From positions 207,797-271,796 of the forward strand of contig JAHBVE010000002.1 in NCBI GenBank assembly GCA_019637675.1: a stretch of DNA of 64,000 bases. The letters run 5' to 3'. The notes under the pieces were generated by a model that was not told the origin of the DNA, did no database searches, and saw nothing but the letters and a program-made list of their open reading frames with translations. The number at the start of each line of letters is the position of its first letter. The stretch's first letter is position 1. This DNA is from Anaerolineales bacterium (lineage in GTDB: Bacteria; Chloroflexota; Anaerolineae; Anaerolineales; UBA11579). Made by a program: the position numbers and the translations under genes. Shown one piece after another: positions 39,992 to 49,615 of this stretch.

Positions 39992-39998
39992 CACTCGC

Positions 39999-41099
39999 AT
40001 GAATACAACAAAGGTGGGTTATGTACTAGCCCTGCTCCTGCTCCCCCTGCTTGCCGCCTGCAGCCCGGCGACCAGCGAACCAGCCACCACAGCTACCGAA
40101 GCCGCCACCGCCGCGCCGCCAACGGCCATTTTTACGCCTGAACCAACCGCTGCACCGACTGAGATCCCTCTCCTGGAGGTTACGTTTGAGCAGCTGTCCC
40201 AGATGGATCGCAGTCTCGGGAGTTTTACACAAGACGATGCAGGCAACCTGCTCTATAGCTCACCGCTTCAGAGCGCGGTGGGTAAGAATGTTGAATTTAT
40301 TCAAGAAGAGCGAACAATTGGCTTGGGTGGTGGTCCGGAAACCTGGTTCTCACCTGCTGAACATCCTAATGCCCCTGCGGTTATTTACGACAGGCTGACC
40401 GACGAATTTAGGCGCGGCCCTTTCGGATACATTGAAATAAATAAGGATGGCTATACTTTCATAAAAAGAGGGGAATACGGTGGAGGCATTTCTACACTTG
40501 ACTTTCTTGTGGGTAAGAAAATCTCTAACAACTTCGTAGAATTGATACAGAAGGATAATGCCACAATGTATGCGGTATCTGTTTTTCCGCAAGAAGAGTT
40601 TTCTCTTGAAAACAAGGATGGGTATTTCTCTCTGCTGGTTGCGACACCAATTGATTCTAGTGGAAGCAGTTACTCTCTAATCTATAGAGTGATACTTTTC
40701 CCATATGAGAAGGATCCTGCGTACAAGGGATACCTGAGCTTGTATAACAATAAAATCCCAGAACAAGGCTTCGCCTTGTCTGAAGATAATGGAATTGAAC
40801 CACTGAGAACGGATGAGGAGTATAGAAGGAAGGCAATTATATACTTCAGAGATACATGGCGAACTGGCTCGCAAAGTCTCGTATATGGCATGAGAGAGGC
40901 TCCATCTAGGGAGGACATTCCAAGAGAGGCTGGTAGTCAGCATTATTTCTTATCTCAATATAGGCTCTCTTACGATAAGTCAGAACAGATGGATATCTTA
41001 TTCAGGATACTTGAGTCTGGCGCCCTGCCTGAAGATTTGACAAAAGTTGGAGAGAGCTTGAAACTCTTTGGGCTAGCAGCGTGGTACTATGATGAATGA
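39999..41099 (+). CDS. Hypothetical lipoprotein
   Basis: ORF 39909..41099. Start at ATG 39999 (MNTTKVGYVLALLLLPLLAAC lipobox). An Ala/Thr/Pro linker is followed by an AT-rich body with no recognised motif. Confidence 0.65.
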   Translation: MNTTKVGYVLALLLLPLLAACSPATSEPATTATEAATAAPPTAIFTPEPTAAPTEIPLLEVTFEQLSQMDRSLGSFTQDDAGNLLYSSPLQSAVGKNVEFIQEERTIGLGGGPETWFSPAEHPNAPAVIYDRLTDEFRRGPFGYIEINKDGYTFIKRGEYGGGISTLDFLVGKKISNNFVELIQKDNATMYAVSVFPQEEFSLENKDGYFSLLVATPIDSSGSSYSLIYRVILFPYEKDPAYKGYLSLYNNKIPEQGFALSEDNGIEPLRTDEEYRRKAIIYFRDTWRTGSQSLVYGMREAPSREDIPREAGSQHYFLSQYRLSYDKSEQMDILFRILESGALPEDLTKVGESLKLFGLAAWYYDE

Positions 41100-41147
41100 A
41101 GGGATATTTGTTGTAGACTGTTGAGAATCTTAGGTAAACCAATAAGT

Positions 41148-41177
41148 AAAGAGCGGGCCATCTGGCCCGCTCTTTTT
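41148..41177. terminator. Bidirectional rho-independent terminator (lipoprotein / SDR convergent)
   Basis: AAAGAGCGGGCC-ATCT-GGCCCGCTCTTTTT. Confidence 0.8.
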
Positions 41178-41199
41178 ATATAATGACTCCAAAATCAGC

Positions 41200-41898
41200 C
41201 TACCACCAACCCCCGTCCACATCCAAGTTCACGCCGTTGACGCCCTTATTCTCGAGCAGGAAGATGGCTGCGTCGGTCACGTCCTTGATTGTCACCAGCT
41301 GCTTGGTCAGCGTGCGGGCGGCCAGCGTTTCCAGCACGCCGGCCGGCTTGTCGGCCCAATACGGGGTCTCGCCCACCACGCCAGGGTGGATGGCGTTGAT
41401 GCGCAGCGGGGACAGCTCAACTGACATGGCGCGCACCAGCGTGCTTACGCCGCCGTTGATGGTCGTCACTGTGGCCGAGCCCGGGTACGGGCGCTCCTTG
41501 GCCATGCCGCCGTACAACAGCACCGCGCCGTCGGCGCGCATCTCGGGCAGCAGGGCGTGCACCACTTCCGGGTAGCCTACCAGCTTAAGGGTCACCAACT
41601 CGACCGCCTGGTCAATGTCATAGGTCTTGACGCTGTTCTCGTCGCGCGCGATCGAAACCAGCACCAGGTATTGCACATCCTTCACGCCGGCCAGCGCCTT
41701 GCCGATCTCCTTGGGCTTGCTCAGGTCAAAGTTGATGCCCACCGCGCCATTGCCGATCTCCTCGGCCACCTTCTGGGCGCGGCCGGCCTCGCGGCCGGTC
41801 ACCACCACGGGGTGGCCCTTGCCGGCGTAATGCACGGCCACGGCCTTGCCCAGTTCAGACGTGCCGCCAACAACAACCACAGTGCCTTTATCAGCCAT
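41200..41898 (-). CDS. SDR-family oxidoreductase
   Basis: 232 aa. Rossmann motif VVVGGTSELGKAV, plus NAIHPGVV. Confidence 0.75.
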   Translation of the reverse strand: MADKGTVVVVGGTSELGKAVAVHYAGKGHPVVVTGREAGRAQKVAEEIGNGAVGINFDLSKPKEIGKALAGVKDVQYLVLVSIARDENSVKTYDIDQAVELVTLKLVGYPEVVHALLPEMRADGAVLLYGGMAKERPYPGSATVTTINGGVSTLVRAMSVELSPLRINAIHPGVVGETPYWADKPAGVLETLAARTLTKQLVTIKDVTDAAIFLLENKGVNGVNLDVDGGWW

Positions 41899-41918
41899 TA
41901 TGTTCTCCTCGCCTGTGC

Positions 41919-42824
41919 CTATTTCTCGCTCTTGAGCTGCTCTTCAAAATAATCCCAGTCGCGGCCGAAGCGGTAGGCATGCCGCGAGGGGGATTGCGGC
42001 GCCGAGGTTTCCAGCCACTGCACCGTGGTATTCGTCTTGTTCTTGAAACCGTGCACGCAGCCCACACCCGCCCAGGCCACATCGCCGGGCTTCAGGGTAA
42101 AGGTCTGGTTGTCGAACCAGGCCTCCACCTCGCCATTGAGGATCATGTAGGTTTCCTCGAACGGGTGATCGTGGCTGCCGGCGCCGCCGCCGGGGATGTA
42201 CTTGACCATGAACATGGTATGCAAATGGGCGCCCAGGTCGCTGTCCACCATCATCTTGACGGTGATGCCGGTGTACACCAGCAGCGCCGTGCGCATGCTG
42301 CCGGAAACCGCCAGCAGCTCCTGCGACTGCTTGCCCGGGTCCATATGCTCGTCAGTGATATTGCCGAAGAAGCGCGTGCGCGTGTCACGCGGGTTGACCC
42401 GGATCGGCTCACCCACCTGGGCCACCCGCCCCTTGACCGGGAACACATCGCCGTCCTTCCACAGCCGCGGCTGCGGGGCCAGCATCTCGACCCAGCGCAC
42501 CTTGCTGGCGCCGCGGTTCTTGTAACCGTGCGCCGCGCCCACATGCATCAGGCCGTAGTCGCCCTTCTCCAAGGCGAACGCGCCGTCGCCCGTCTCGCAG
42601 ATCAGCTCCCCGTCCAATACATATACGCTCTCTTCGAACGTGTGCAGATGCGTGTCCACCTGGCCGCCGGGCTCCAGCTCACAAATATTGAACTCCTGGT
42701 GCACCGAGCCCGACTCGCCGTTCACAATAGACCAGCGGCTGAACCCCTTGCTGATGCCTTCAAAGGCTTTGGGCAGCATAAACTCGGCCTGGTCTGCCGT
42801 GCGTACTAAGAAGCGTTCCTTCAT
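41919..42824 (-). CDS. Bicupin metalloprotein (paralogue of 56793..57641)
   Basis: ORF 41919..42956. Start at ATG 42824 (AGGAGA SD). The two cupin motif sets are GGQVDTHLHTFEESVYVLDG...GAAHGYKN and GAGSHDHPFEETYMILNG...GCVHGFKN. Confidence 0.75.
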   Translation of the reverse strand: MKERFLVRTADQAEFMLPKAFEGISKGFSRWSIVNGESGSVHQEFNICELEPGGQVDTHLHTFEESVYVLDGELICETGDGAFALEKGDYGLMHVGAAHGYKNRGASKVRWVEMLAPQPRLWKDGDVFPVKGRVAQVGEPIRVNPRDTRTRFFGNITDEHMDPGKQSQELLAVSGSMRTALLVYTGITVKMMVDSDLGAHLHTMFMVKYIPGGGAGSHDHPFEETYMILNGEVEAWFDNQTFTLKPGDVAWAGVGCVHGFKNKTNTTVQWLETSAPQSPSRHAYRFGRDWDYFEEQLKSEK

Positions 42825-42867
42825 GTATTCTCCTGAACTGCAGGCGGCTGCCCGCGGCAATGGTTGG

Positions 42868-45321
42868 CTAGATGGCGGGCAATTTGAAGCGAGAGCGGCG
42901 CAGCACGTAATCACGCGCGTCGTAGACCATATTCTTGACCGCGTTGAGGTCCACATTCACCAATTGGCCGCCGCGCTTGAGGATCTTGCCGGCCACCATC
43001 ACGGTGTCCACGTTGCTGGTGTCCATACCCCAAACCACCGCCGCCGCCGGATCATTGATGGGCGTGACGTTGATCTTGTTGGTGGTCAGCATCAGGATGT
43101 CGGCATCCTTGCCGGGGGTCAGCGTACCGATCTTATGGTCCAGGCCGTTGGCGCGTGCGCCTTCGATGGTGGCGTACTCCAGCACCTCCTGATCCGTGAT
43201 CAGGTTGGATTTGACATCTTCGCCCGCCAGGCGGCGCTCATGGAGCAGGCTATGCTGCAACGAAATGACCGAGCGCATCTGCGTGAACATATCGCCCGGT
43301 ACGTTGGTCTCCACGTCCACGCTCAGGCTGGGCTTGAGCCCGCGGTCGAGGAACTTTTGCGTGGGCGGCATGCCGTGGCCCATCATCATCTCCACCGGCG
43401 CGGCCAGCGAGACCGAGCCGCCCGAATCGACGATCATCTGGATCTCGGTGTCGTTGAGCGTAGTGCAGTGAATGTAGGTGGTGTCCGGCCCCATCAGCTC
43501 TGGCCCCTTGCGGCCAAACTCCTCCACCTTGCGGCGTTGGCCGAATGTGCCAACGCCGACGTGGGTGGTGATGCGGGCGTCCACCGAGCGCGCCATGTTC
43601 CAATGCGAGCGAGTAATCTCAAAGTCAGTGAACTCCGGCCCGGCCGCCGCCAGCGCATAGGTCAGCAGTTGGTCCTTGCTGGTGAAGTGCGCCCGCGCCG
43701 CCCGCACGAACCAGCCGGGCTGCTTGGGCTCATACTTACCCCACCACGGGAAGCCGTAGGCGAACACGCCGCGCATATTGGAATCGCGCAGGGCCTGCAC
43801 CACCGCGTCGGTGTGCTCCGGCGAAGCCTGAATATGCGACCAGTCGAGTAGCGTAGTGATGCCGGCGTCAATAGCGCCGAAGGCGCTCACGATGTTGCCG
43901 GCGTAGGCGTCTTGCGGGCGGTACGCGCGGCCCAGGCGGCCCAGCACGAAGGTGATATAGCTGCTGCGGCCTTCCAGCGGCACATCCGTGCCGATGTTGC
44001 GCAACAGGCCTTCCCAAATATGGCGGTGCGTATCCACAAACCCAGGCATCACGATCATGCCCTTGGCATTCACCACCTGAGTGGTGCCGTTGGCCTGGAT
44101 ATTCTCGCCCACCTGCACGATCTTGCTGCCCTCGATGAGCACATCGCCGATAAGCAACGTGCCGATCTTCGGATCGAGCGAGATCACGGTGCCGCCTTTG
44201 AGCAGCATTTGCTGGCCGGGCTGCAAGCCGCTTTCTACTGTGGCGGGCGGCTCAACGAATACATTGGCCAGCGCATAGTCCTTGTTACGTTCACGGCGGG
44301 CCGTGAAGACGCGGCGCAGCTTCTTCCAGTTCTCCTTGATAAGCATGCGCAGGTCGTGCACTTGATACAGCACCAGACCAATAATGGTCAGGCCGCCCAT
44401 CACGATCGGGTCATTCAGCCAGCTGCTAGTGATGATGCGCAGTGAGAACATGTTGCTGATCAGCGCCAGGAACAGGCTCACCGCCAGCGCGCCGGTGAAG
44501 TGGCCCACGCCGCCGGCCAGGCTGGTGCCGCCCAAGCCGGCCGCGGCAATGCTGGTGAGCGCGAAGGTGCTGCCCGCACGGGAGTCACCCACGCCCACTT
44601 GCACCGCCAAAAAGAACGAGGCCACTGCGGCCAGCAAGCCCGAGAGCACCAGACCGCGCACCTGCACCCACTTGGTGCGGATGCCCAGGCGGCGGCCGGA
44701 GCGCACGTCATGCCCGGTGGCACGCACACGCAGGCCGCCGGCGGAGCGGCGCAGCCAGATATCCCACAAAATGGCCACGACCAGCACAACAATGAAGGCG
44801 ACCGGCACCATGCCCACTTTTGTGCGCAGGGCCGCCAGCAGCGAGCTGTTGATCGAGCCGGAGGCCACCGGGCGCAGTACCAGGGCTACGCCCTCCAGAA
44901 TGCTAAGGGTGGCCAGCGTGGCAATGATCGAGGGCAGCTTGACCCAGCGCACCAACAGCGCATTCAACAGGCCCACCAGCACACCGCCCAGCAGGATCAG
45001 ACCGGCGCCGATCATCACGGCTTGCGGAGTGGCGTCATTGGTAATGATGAACGAGGCCGCCACGATGCTGAACGACATCACGGCGCCGACAGAAATATCC
45101 AGATAGCCCACTAGCATGGCGTTCACCTGGGCCATGGCAACGATCGCCAACGGCAGGGTGGCCTGCAGCAGGTTGCTCAGGTTGTATTCGGAAAGAAACG
45201 CGCTGCTCTTGTTACCCGAATATGCGCCCAGCGTATAGATCATGAGCAGGAGCAGCATCAGGGGATACCACTCCTGGATGCGGATGGCGGCCTTCTTGAG
45301 CCGCTCCTTGTTCCGGTTCAT
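42868..45321 (-). CDS. Fusion protein: CUT2-type (RbsC/AraH-like) ABC permease (aa 1-~330) fused to a TRZ/ATZ-type amidohydrolase (aa ~375-817)
   Basis: A single uninterrupted 817-aa ORF. The N-terminal part is a polytopic permease (LLQATLPLAIVAMAQVNAMLVGYLDISVGAVMSF...). A ~45-aa basic linker (LIKENWKKLRRVFTARRERNKDY) follows. The amidohydrolase part has MPGFVDTHRHIWEG (HxH) and IGTLTPGKDADILML. Confidence 0.8.
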   Translation of the reverse strand: MNRNKERLKKAAIRIQEWYPLMLLLLMIYTLGAYSGNKSSAFLSEYNLSNLLQATLPLAIVAMAQVNAMLVGYLDISVGAVMSFSIVAASFIITNDATPQAVMIGAGLILLGGVLVGLLNALLVRWVKLPSIIATLATLSILEGVALVLRPVASGSINSSLLAALRTKVGMVPVAFIVVLVVAILWDIWLRRSAGGLRVRATGHDVRSGRRLGIRTKWVQVRGLVLSGLLAAVASFFLAVQVGVGDSRAGSTFALTSIAAAGLGGTSLAGGVGHFTGALAVSLFLALISNMFSLRIITSSWLNDPIVMGGLTIIGLVLYQVHDLRMLIKENWKKLRRVFTARRERNKDYALANVFVEPPATVESGLQPGQQMLLKGGTVISLDPKIGTLLIGDVLIEGSKIVQVGENIQANGTTQVVNAKGMIVMPGFVDTHRHIWEGLLRNIGTDVPLEGRSSYITFVLGRLGRAYRPQDAYAGNIVSAFGAIDAGITTLLDWSHIQASPEHTDAVVQALRDSNMRGVFAYGFPWWGKYEPKQPGWFVRAARAHFTSKDQLLTYALAAAGPEFTDFEITRSHWNMARSVDARITTHVGVGTFGQRRKVEEFGRKGPELMGPDTTYIHCTTLNDTEIQMIVDSGGSVSLAAPVEMMMGHGMPPTQKFLDRGLKPSLSVDVETNVPGDMFTQMRSVISLQHSLLHERRLAGEDVKSNLITDQEVLEYATIEGARANGLDHKIGTLTPGKDADILMLTTNKINVTPINDPAAAVVWGMDTSNVDTVMVAGKILKRGGQLVNVDLNAVKNMVYDARDYVLRRSRFKLPAI

Positions 45322-46890
45322 CTAATCCTCTCTTCCGCCGAACGCAAACTGATCTTCCACGTTGCCGATCTTGGCGCCGCGCACCATGGCGTCAATGATC
45401 GTGCGCTCGCTCAAGTGCTCCTGCGGAATGTCGTGCACGATCTGCCCGCGTGAGATCACGAACACGCGGTTGCACAGGCTCGCCAGCTCAATAGGATCGC
45501 TAGATTTCACCACCACGGCCGCGCCCTGCGCCGCCTTGGTGTGCAAAGCTTCATAGATGTCAAAACGGGCCGCCACGTCTACGCCCTGCGTAGGCTCGTC
45601 AGCCAGAATGACATTGACGTTATCGCGTAGGAAGGGGCGCGCCATCACGACCTTCTGCTGGTTCCCGCCGGAGAGGAAGCTCACCGGCATATCCAGTGAC
45701 GGCGTGCGCAGCTTGAGCTGCTGGCCCATCGCCCCCACGGCTTCGCGCTCGCGGCGCGGCATCAGCCAGCCCAGGCGGGTGAACTTCTGCAGCGCCTGCA
45801 GCGACGCGTTGGTAATCGCGCCGAGCACAAGGAACAGGGCATCCCGCTTGCGGTCACCCGCCAGCAGCATAATGCCTGAGTTGAGCGCGCCGGTGGGCGA
45901 TGTCAGGTTGACGTGCTTATCAAGCACCTGCACCTGCCCACCCTTGGGTGGGATGGCGCCACACAGCGTCCAGAACAGGTCGCCCTGGCCGTTGCCTTCG
46001 ACGCCGGCAATGCCGATCACTTCGCCGCGGCGCACACTGAAGCTCACCGGGCCGAAGTATTCGCCGTGCAGGTCGGTTACTTTCAGCACGGTCTCGGTTT
46101 CATCCGTAATTTCCAACCGGGTCGGGAAGGCTGATTCCAGCGGGCGGCCGATCATCAGCTCCACGATTTCTTTCTCGGTTATCTTGTCTGCATCGTAAGT
46201 GCCCTGGTTCTGGCCATCCCGCAAAACCGTAATGCGGTCAGCCAGACCCAGCACCTCAGGTAGACGGTGACTTACATACACCACAGCCACACCGCGCTCA
46301 GTATGTTCTTTGATCGTGCGCTGCAGCCATTCCACTTCGGAGGGACCCATGGCCGTCGTGGGTTCATCCAGCAGCAGCACCTTAGGGTCAGACAGCAAAG
46401 CCTTGGCTACTTCCAGTAGCTGGCGCTCCGCCAGGGCCAATGAGCCGATCGGAGCTTCAGCAAAAATGTCATCCAACTCAAAACGGGCCAGAATTTGAAT
46501 GGCCCAGTCTTTCAATCGCCAATAAAGGGAAGGGCGGGCGTCTTTCGACGCGGATAAGTACAGGTTTTCGGCCACGGTCATGCCAGCCACTTGCGAGATG
46601 TCCTGATAGGCCATCCCCAGGCCGAGCTCGCGCGCCTTGGCGGGCGAATCCGTGGTGAGCGGCTTGCCCATGATGTGCACAGTGCCTTCGTCCTGCTCCA
46701 CAAAGCCGCTGGCAATGCCCAGCAACGTGGATTTGCCCGAGCCGTTCTCGCCGACCACGGCGTGAACTTCCCCAGGCAAAACTTGCAGGCTCATGCCCTG
46801 GAGGGCTTGCACCGTGCCGTAGCGTTTGGAAACTCCCAGCAGCGAGAGCGCGTAGCTCTCGCTGCTGGGGTTCTGATTCTTGTCAGTCAC
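45322..46890 (-). CDS. Sugar-type (CUT2) ABC transporter ATPase with duplicated NBDs
   Basis: 522 aa. Walker A is GENGSGKST, the second-domain signature is LSGGNQQKV, and the stop abuts the next start. Confidence 0.88.
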   Translation of the reverse strand: MTDKNQNPSSESYALSLLGVSKRYGTVQALQGMSLQVLPGEVHAVVGENGSGKSTLLGIASGFVEQDEGTVHIMGKPLTTDSPAKARELGLGMAYQDISQVAGMTVAENLYLSASKDARPSLYWRLKDWAIQILARFELDDIFAEAPIGSLALAERQLLEVAKALLSDPKVLLLDEPTTAMGPSEVEWLQRTIKEHTERGVAVVYVSHRLPEVLGLADRITVLRDGQNQGTYDADKITEKEIVELMIGRPLESAFPTRLEITDETETVLKVTDLHGEYFGPVSFSVRRGEVIGIAGVEGNGQGDLFWTLCGAIPPKGGQVQVLDKHVNLTSPTGALNSGIMLLAGDRKRDALFLVLGAITNASLQALQKFTRLGWLMPRREREAVGAMGQQLKLRTPSLDMPVSFLSGGNQQKVVMARPFLRDNVNVILADEPTQGVDVAARFDIYEALHTKAAQGAAVVVKSSDPIELASLCNRVFVISRGQIVHDIPQEHLSERTIIDAMVRGAKIGNVEDQFAFGGRED

Positions 46891-46939
46891 TCTAGACCAG
46901 AGTTTCCTGTTCCGAATTCAGTGAGGTTCTGTGCCCGGA

Positions 46940-48202
46940 TTAGGGGTACATCGCCCGCACGACATCATGCGGAACCATGGAGGAGATGGAAGCATCGTCC
47001 GGCAGGTCAGGGTAGCAGTGGCTCTCATTGACCGGCTGGATATACGGCGGGATCACGATGCTGTTCGGCACGTCGTAGCCGTTCAGGTGCATCATGGCCG
47101 CAGTCAGGGCGATGCGGGACTGGTAGTTACCACCCGAGCCGAAGAAGATCTTGAACTCATCCGGCTGGCCCATATCAACCCATTCGCAGAACAGGACGGT
47201 CTCGTCCGTGCGCAGGGTCAGCACCAGGTTCACCGGCAGGCCGGCGGCCTCGTAAGCGCTCAAACCACCCATGAAGGAGCCGGCAGCTTCGTAGCTTACA
47301 CCCGCCAGATCGGGGTGGGCGCTCAGGAAGCCAGACATGGCCTCGAAGGTACCCTCACGGGTCCAGAAGGTGTCAGCAACACCAACCAGCTCCAGGCCGG
47401 AACCCAGCTCAGGCTGCTCGCAGCTCTGCCAGTAGGCAGACAGCGGGTTGCCAGGGGTACCACCCAGGAAGGCCACCTTGCCGGTGCCGACTTCCTCGTT
47501 CAAGATGCGGGCAAATTCCTGGCCCAGCAGACATACATCCTCAGAGATCGAGGAGAAATAGGCGCTGCCATCACCCAACACACCGTAGGAGTGGGTTACG
47601 TAGATCACGCCAGCGTCAGTGGCCTCTTGCACCACCGGCAGCAGCGCGTCACCCGCATCCGGGAAACCAACGATGATGTCAACATCCTGGGCGATCAAGC
47701 CGCGGATGTCAGCAATGGCTTGCTGGGTGTCGAACATGGCGGTGGTGTAGATGATGCGGCCGATCTCAGGGTAGGTCAGGGCCTGCAGCACCATTTCCAT
47801 GTGGGTCACTTCACGCCACAGGTTCTCACCAAAACCGTCAGCCAGAGCCACGGTGATGGGGCCGCCGGTGCCGGTGTCACACACTTTCTCGCGCCAGCAT
47901 TCCAGAGCCTTGGCTGCCATCTCATCGCTCACGGGCAGGCCGGCGCGGTACATGGCCGCCAGCACAACCTCGTTCACCTGAGAGGCATCCGACACACCCA
48001 TCGTCTTCATCAAGACTTCAGGGTCGGCGTCGAAAATTTCCTCGGAGCCACCAGCCTCACCCGTGGGCTCATCGCCACCATCAGTAGACGGCGCCGAGGT
48101 TGCCGGAGCGGCAGTAGCGCTCGCACCACCGCCACAGGCTGCCAACACCATTGCCAACATGGCAATGAGGAAGGCGATCGTTTGCAGTTTGCTAAGTTTC
48201 AT
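46940..48202 (-). CDS. ABC transporter substrate-binding lipoprotein (type I periplasmic-binding fold, long form)
   Basis: 420 aa. Lipobox MVLAACGGG, a low-complexity linker, then alternating beta-alpha PBP1-like segments (ITVALADGFGEN...DIIVGFPDAG...KVAFLGGTPGNP). Confidence 0.7.
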   Translation of the reverse strand: MKLSKLQTIAFLIAMLAMVLAACGGGASATAAPATSAPSTDGGDEPTGEAGGSEEIFDADPEVLMKTMGVSDASQVNEVVLAAMYRAGLPVSDEMAAKALECWREKVCDTGTGGPITVALADGFGENLWREVTHMEMVLQALTYPEIGRIIYTTAMFDTQQAIADIRGLIAQDVDIIVGFPDAGDALLPVVQEATDAGVIYVTHSYGVLGDGSAYFSSISEDVCLLGQEFARILNEEVGTGKVAFLGGTPGNPLSAYWQSCEQPELGSGLELVGVADTFWTREGTFEAMSGFLSAHPDLAGVSYEAAGSFMGGLSAYEAAGLPVNLVLTLRTDETVLFCEWVDMGQPDEFKIFFGSGGNYQSRIALTAAMMHLNGYDVPNSIVIPPYIQPVNESHCYPDLPDDASISSMVPHDVVRAMYP

Positions 48203-48322
48203 CTTTCGACTTCTCCTTTTCCTTCTTTTTTGCTTAATTGCTTTAGTTGAACGATACGATCCGCGACGATTCTGTCGATTGACCGTTTGTCGCTGTTACC
48301 TCCTTCTTGTAAACCGTAATCG

Positions 48323-49345
48323 TCATTCTTCAGCTTTGGCAAAACGCCGTTGAAACAGCCCCTCGACCATGTCCACGATCCGGTCACCGGATACGGCCAT
48401 GCCGCCGATAATGGCAACACCAAACACTACGAACTGCAAAGAGGTGGGCAACCCCATCACTCGGAGCATCTGGTCCAACACCGTGAGGAAGAATGCGGCC
48501 AGCGCTGTGGAGAAGACGCTCGCCAGTCCACCACTCAGGGATGCGCCGCCGATCACGACTGCGGCGATGGGGCCAAGAAGATATGCAGCGCCAAGCCCCT
48601 GGGTTGGGCTGCGAATAAATGCGGCCAGCAAAAAGCCGGCCAGGCCGTACATCATGGCGGCAACTACATAGGCCATGACCACATACAGGGTCACGCGCAA
48701 GCCGCTGATGCGAGCCGCGATCTGGTTGGCGCCTACGGCGCGGAAACGCCGCCCCACCCCCGTATACGTCAGGATGATGCTCAAGGCCAGTGTCACGATC
48801 ACGGCGATCCAGAAGATCCACCCTGCGCCGTAGACCTGGCTGATGGCCCAGCGCGACAAGCCAGTCGGCACCGAGGCTTCATTGGCGATCTGGGTAGCGT
48901 ACTTGAGCAAGGCGCCCCGCGTGATCTGCCCGATCGCCAGGGTTACGATCAGCGCGTTCAGGCGGAACACACCTACCAGGAAACCGTTAGCAAGCCCGAT
49001 CAGGGCGGAAACAGCCAGCGCCATGCCCAAACCCTTGAGAATGTTGGCGTCCTGGCCAGCGCCGTACCCCACGGTTACAAAGGCAGCCAACGTCATCACG
49101 CCAGGAGTGGAGAGGTCAATACCGCCGGTCATTACGACCAGCATCTGGCCCAGGCTGACAATGACTAAAAATGCGGTGAGGGGGAGTATTGCGGTGAAGG
49201 AGGCGGGGGAAAGTGTGGCGGGGGCTACAAAATACGCGGCTACAAGCAAAATACACATCGCGATCCACACAGGGATATAACGCGATGAAATGACGACAGA
49301 AGTAAGGAATTCAGTAAAACTCTGGTTCGATTTGCTTTTTAGCAT
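48323..49345 (-). CDS. CUT2-type ABC transporter permease (stand-alone)
   Basis: 340 aa, RbsC/AraH-like (LPLTAFLVIVSLGQMLVVMTGGIDLSTPGVMTLAAF). Confidence 0.85.
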   Translation of the reverse strand: MLKSKSNQSFTEFLTSVVISSRYIPVWIAMCILLVAAYFVAPATLSPASFTAILPLTAFLVIVSLGQMLVVMTGGIDLSTPGVMTLAAFVTVGYGAGQDANILKGLGMALAVSALIGLANGFLVGVFRLNALIVTLAIGQITRGALLKYATQIANEASVPTGLSRWAISQVYGAGWIFWIAVIVTLALSIILTYTGVGRRFRAVGANQIAARISGLRVTLYVVMAYVVAAMMYGLAGFLLAAFIRSPTQGLGAAYLLGPIAAVVIGGASLSGGLASVFSTALAAFFLTVLDQMLRVMGLPTSLQFVVFGVAIIGGMAVSGDRIVDMVEGLFQRRFAKAEE

Positions 49346-49409
49346 TCTGCCCTTAGGTACAGTACTCCAGTGAAAATGAGGCGAGGGTCATTCTTTTTCT
49401 GTGCAAAGC

Positions 49410-49439
49410 CTAGGGGGGATTTGTTTGTTTATAAACAAA
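49410..49439. promoter_or_regulatory. AT-rich palindrome in the divergent control region (candidate operator)
   Basis: Perfect 16-bp palindrome TTTGTTTATAAACAAA (49415-49430), flanked by ATTTGT and ACAAAT. It lies between the ABC operon and the amidohydrolase gene. Confidence 0.45.
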
Positions 49440-49615
49440 TACACAAATTTAGTCAAGCCCCATCAAACAGGATGCCTGGAAATGTTCACCGCTATTTGAC
49501 ATTTCAGGGGGTGTATTGAACACTAAACATTAGAAAAGCTGGAAATGTAGATATCTGTTTGATAATGCTAAACGCTATTACAATGTGGCTAGCTTTATAA
49601 GCAGAGGTGCTGCAG

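Noticed and set aside
39909-39998. N-terminal 30-codon extension of the lipoprotein ORF (MRPSLNFYLPSPHGRGRERSERVRGLIITR)
   Set aside because: It is a translation of the GC-rich nested inverted repeat. The lipoprotein signal peptide starts at ATG 39999, directly behind a TATAAT.
42868-45321. Reading the permease-amidohydrolase as two genes, with the amidohydrolase starting at the internal Met of QQMLLKGG
   Set aside because: There is no stop codon anywhere between the domains in this frame, so as sequenced it is one ORF. A sequencing error or a lost stop cannot be excluded from the sequence alone and is listed as the main refutation test.
46931-48250. 439-aa plus-strand ORF over the SBP gene. 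Similar antisense ORFs occur over the ABC ATPase, permeases, E1/E2 genes, gltX and the M24 gene.
   Set aside because: All lie opposite genes with clear motifs and operon context. They are shadows produced by the high GC content.
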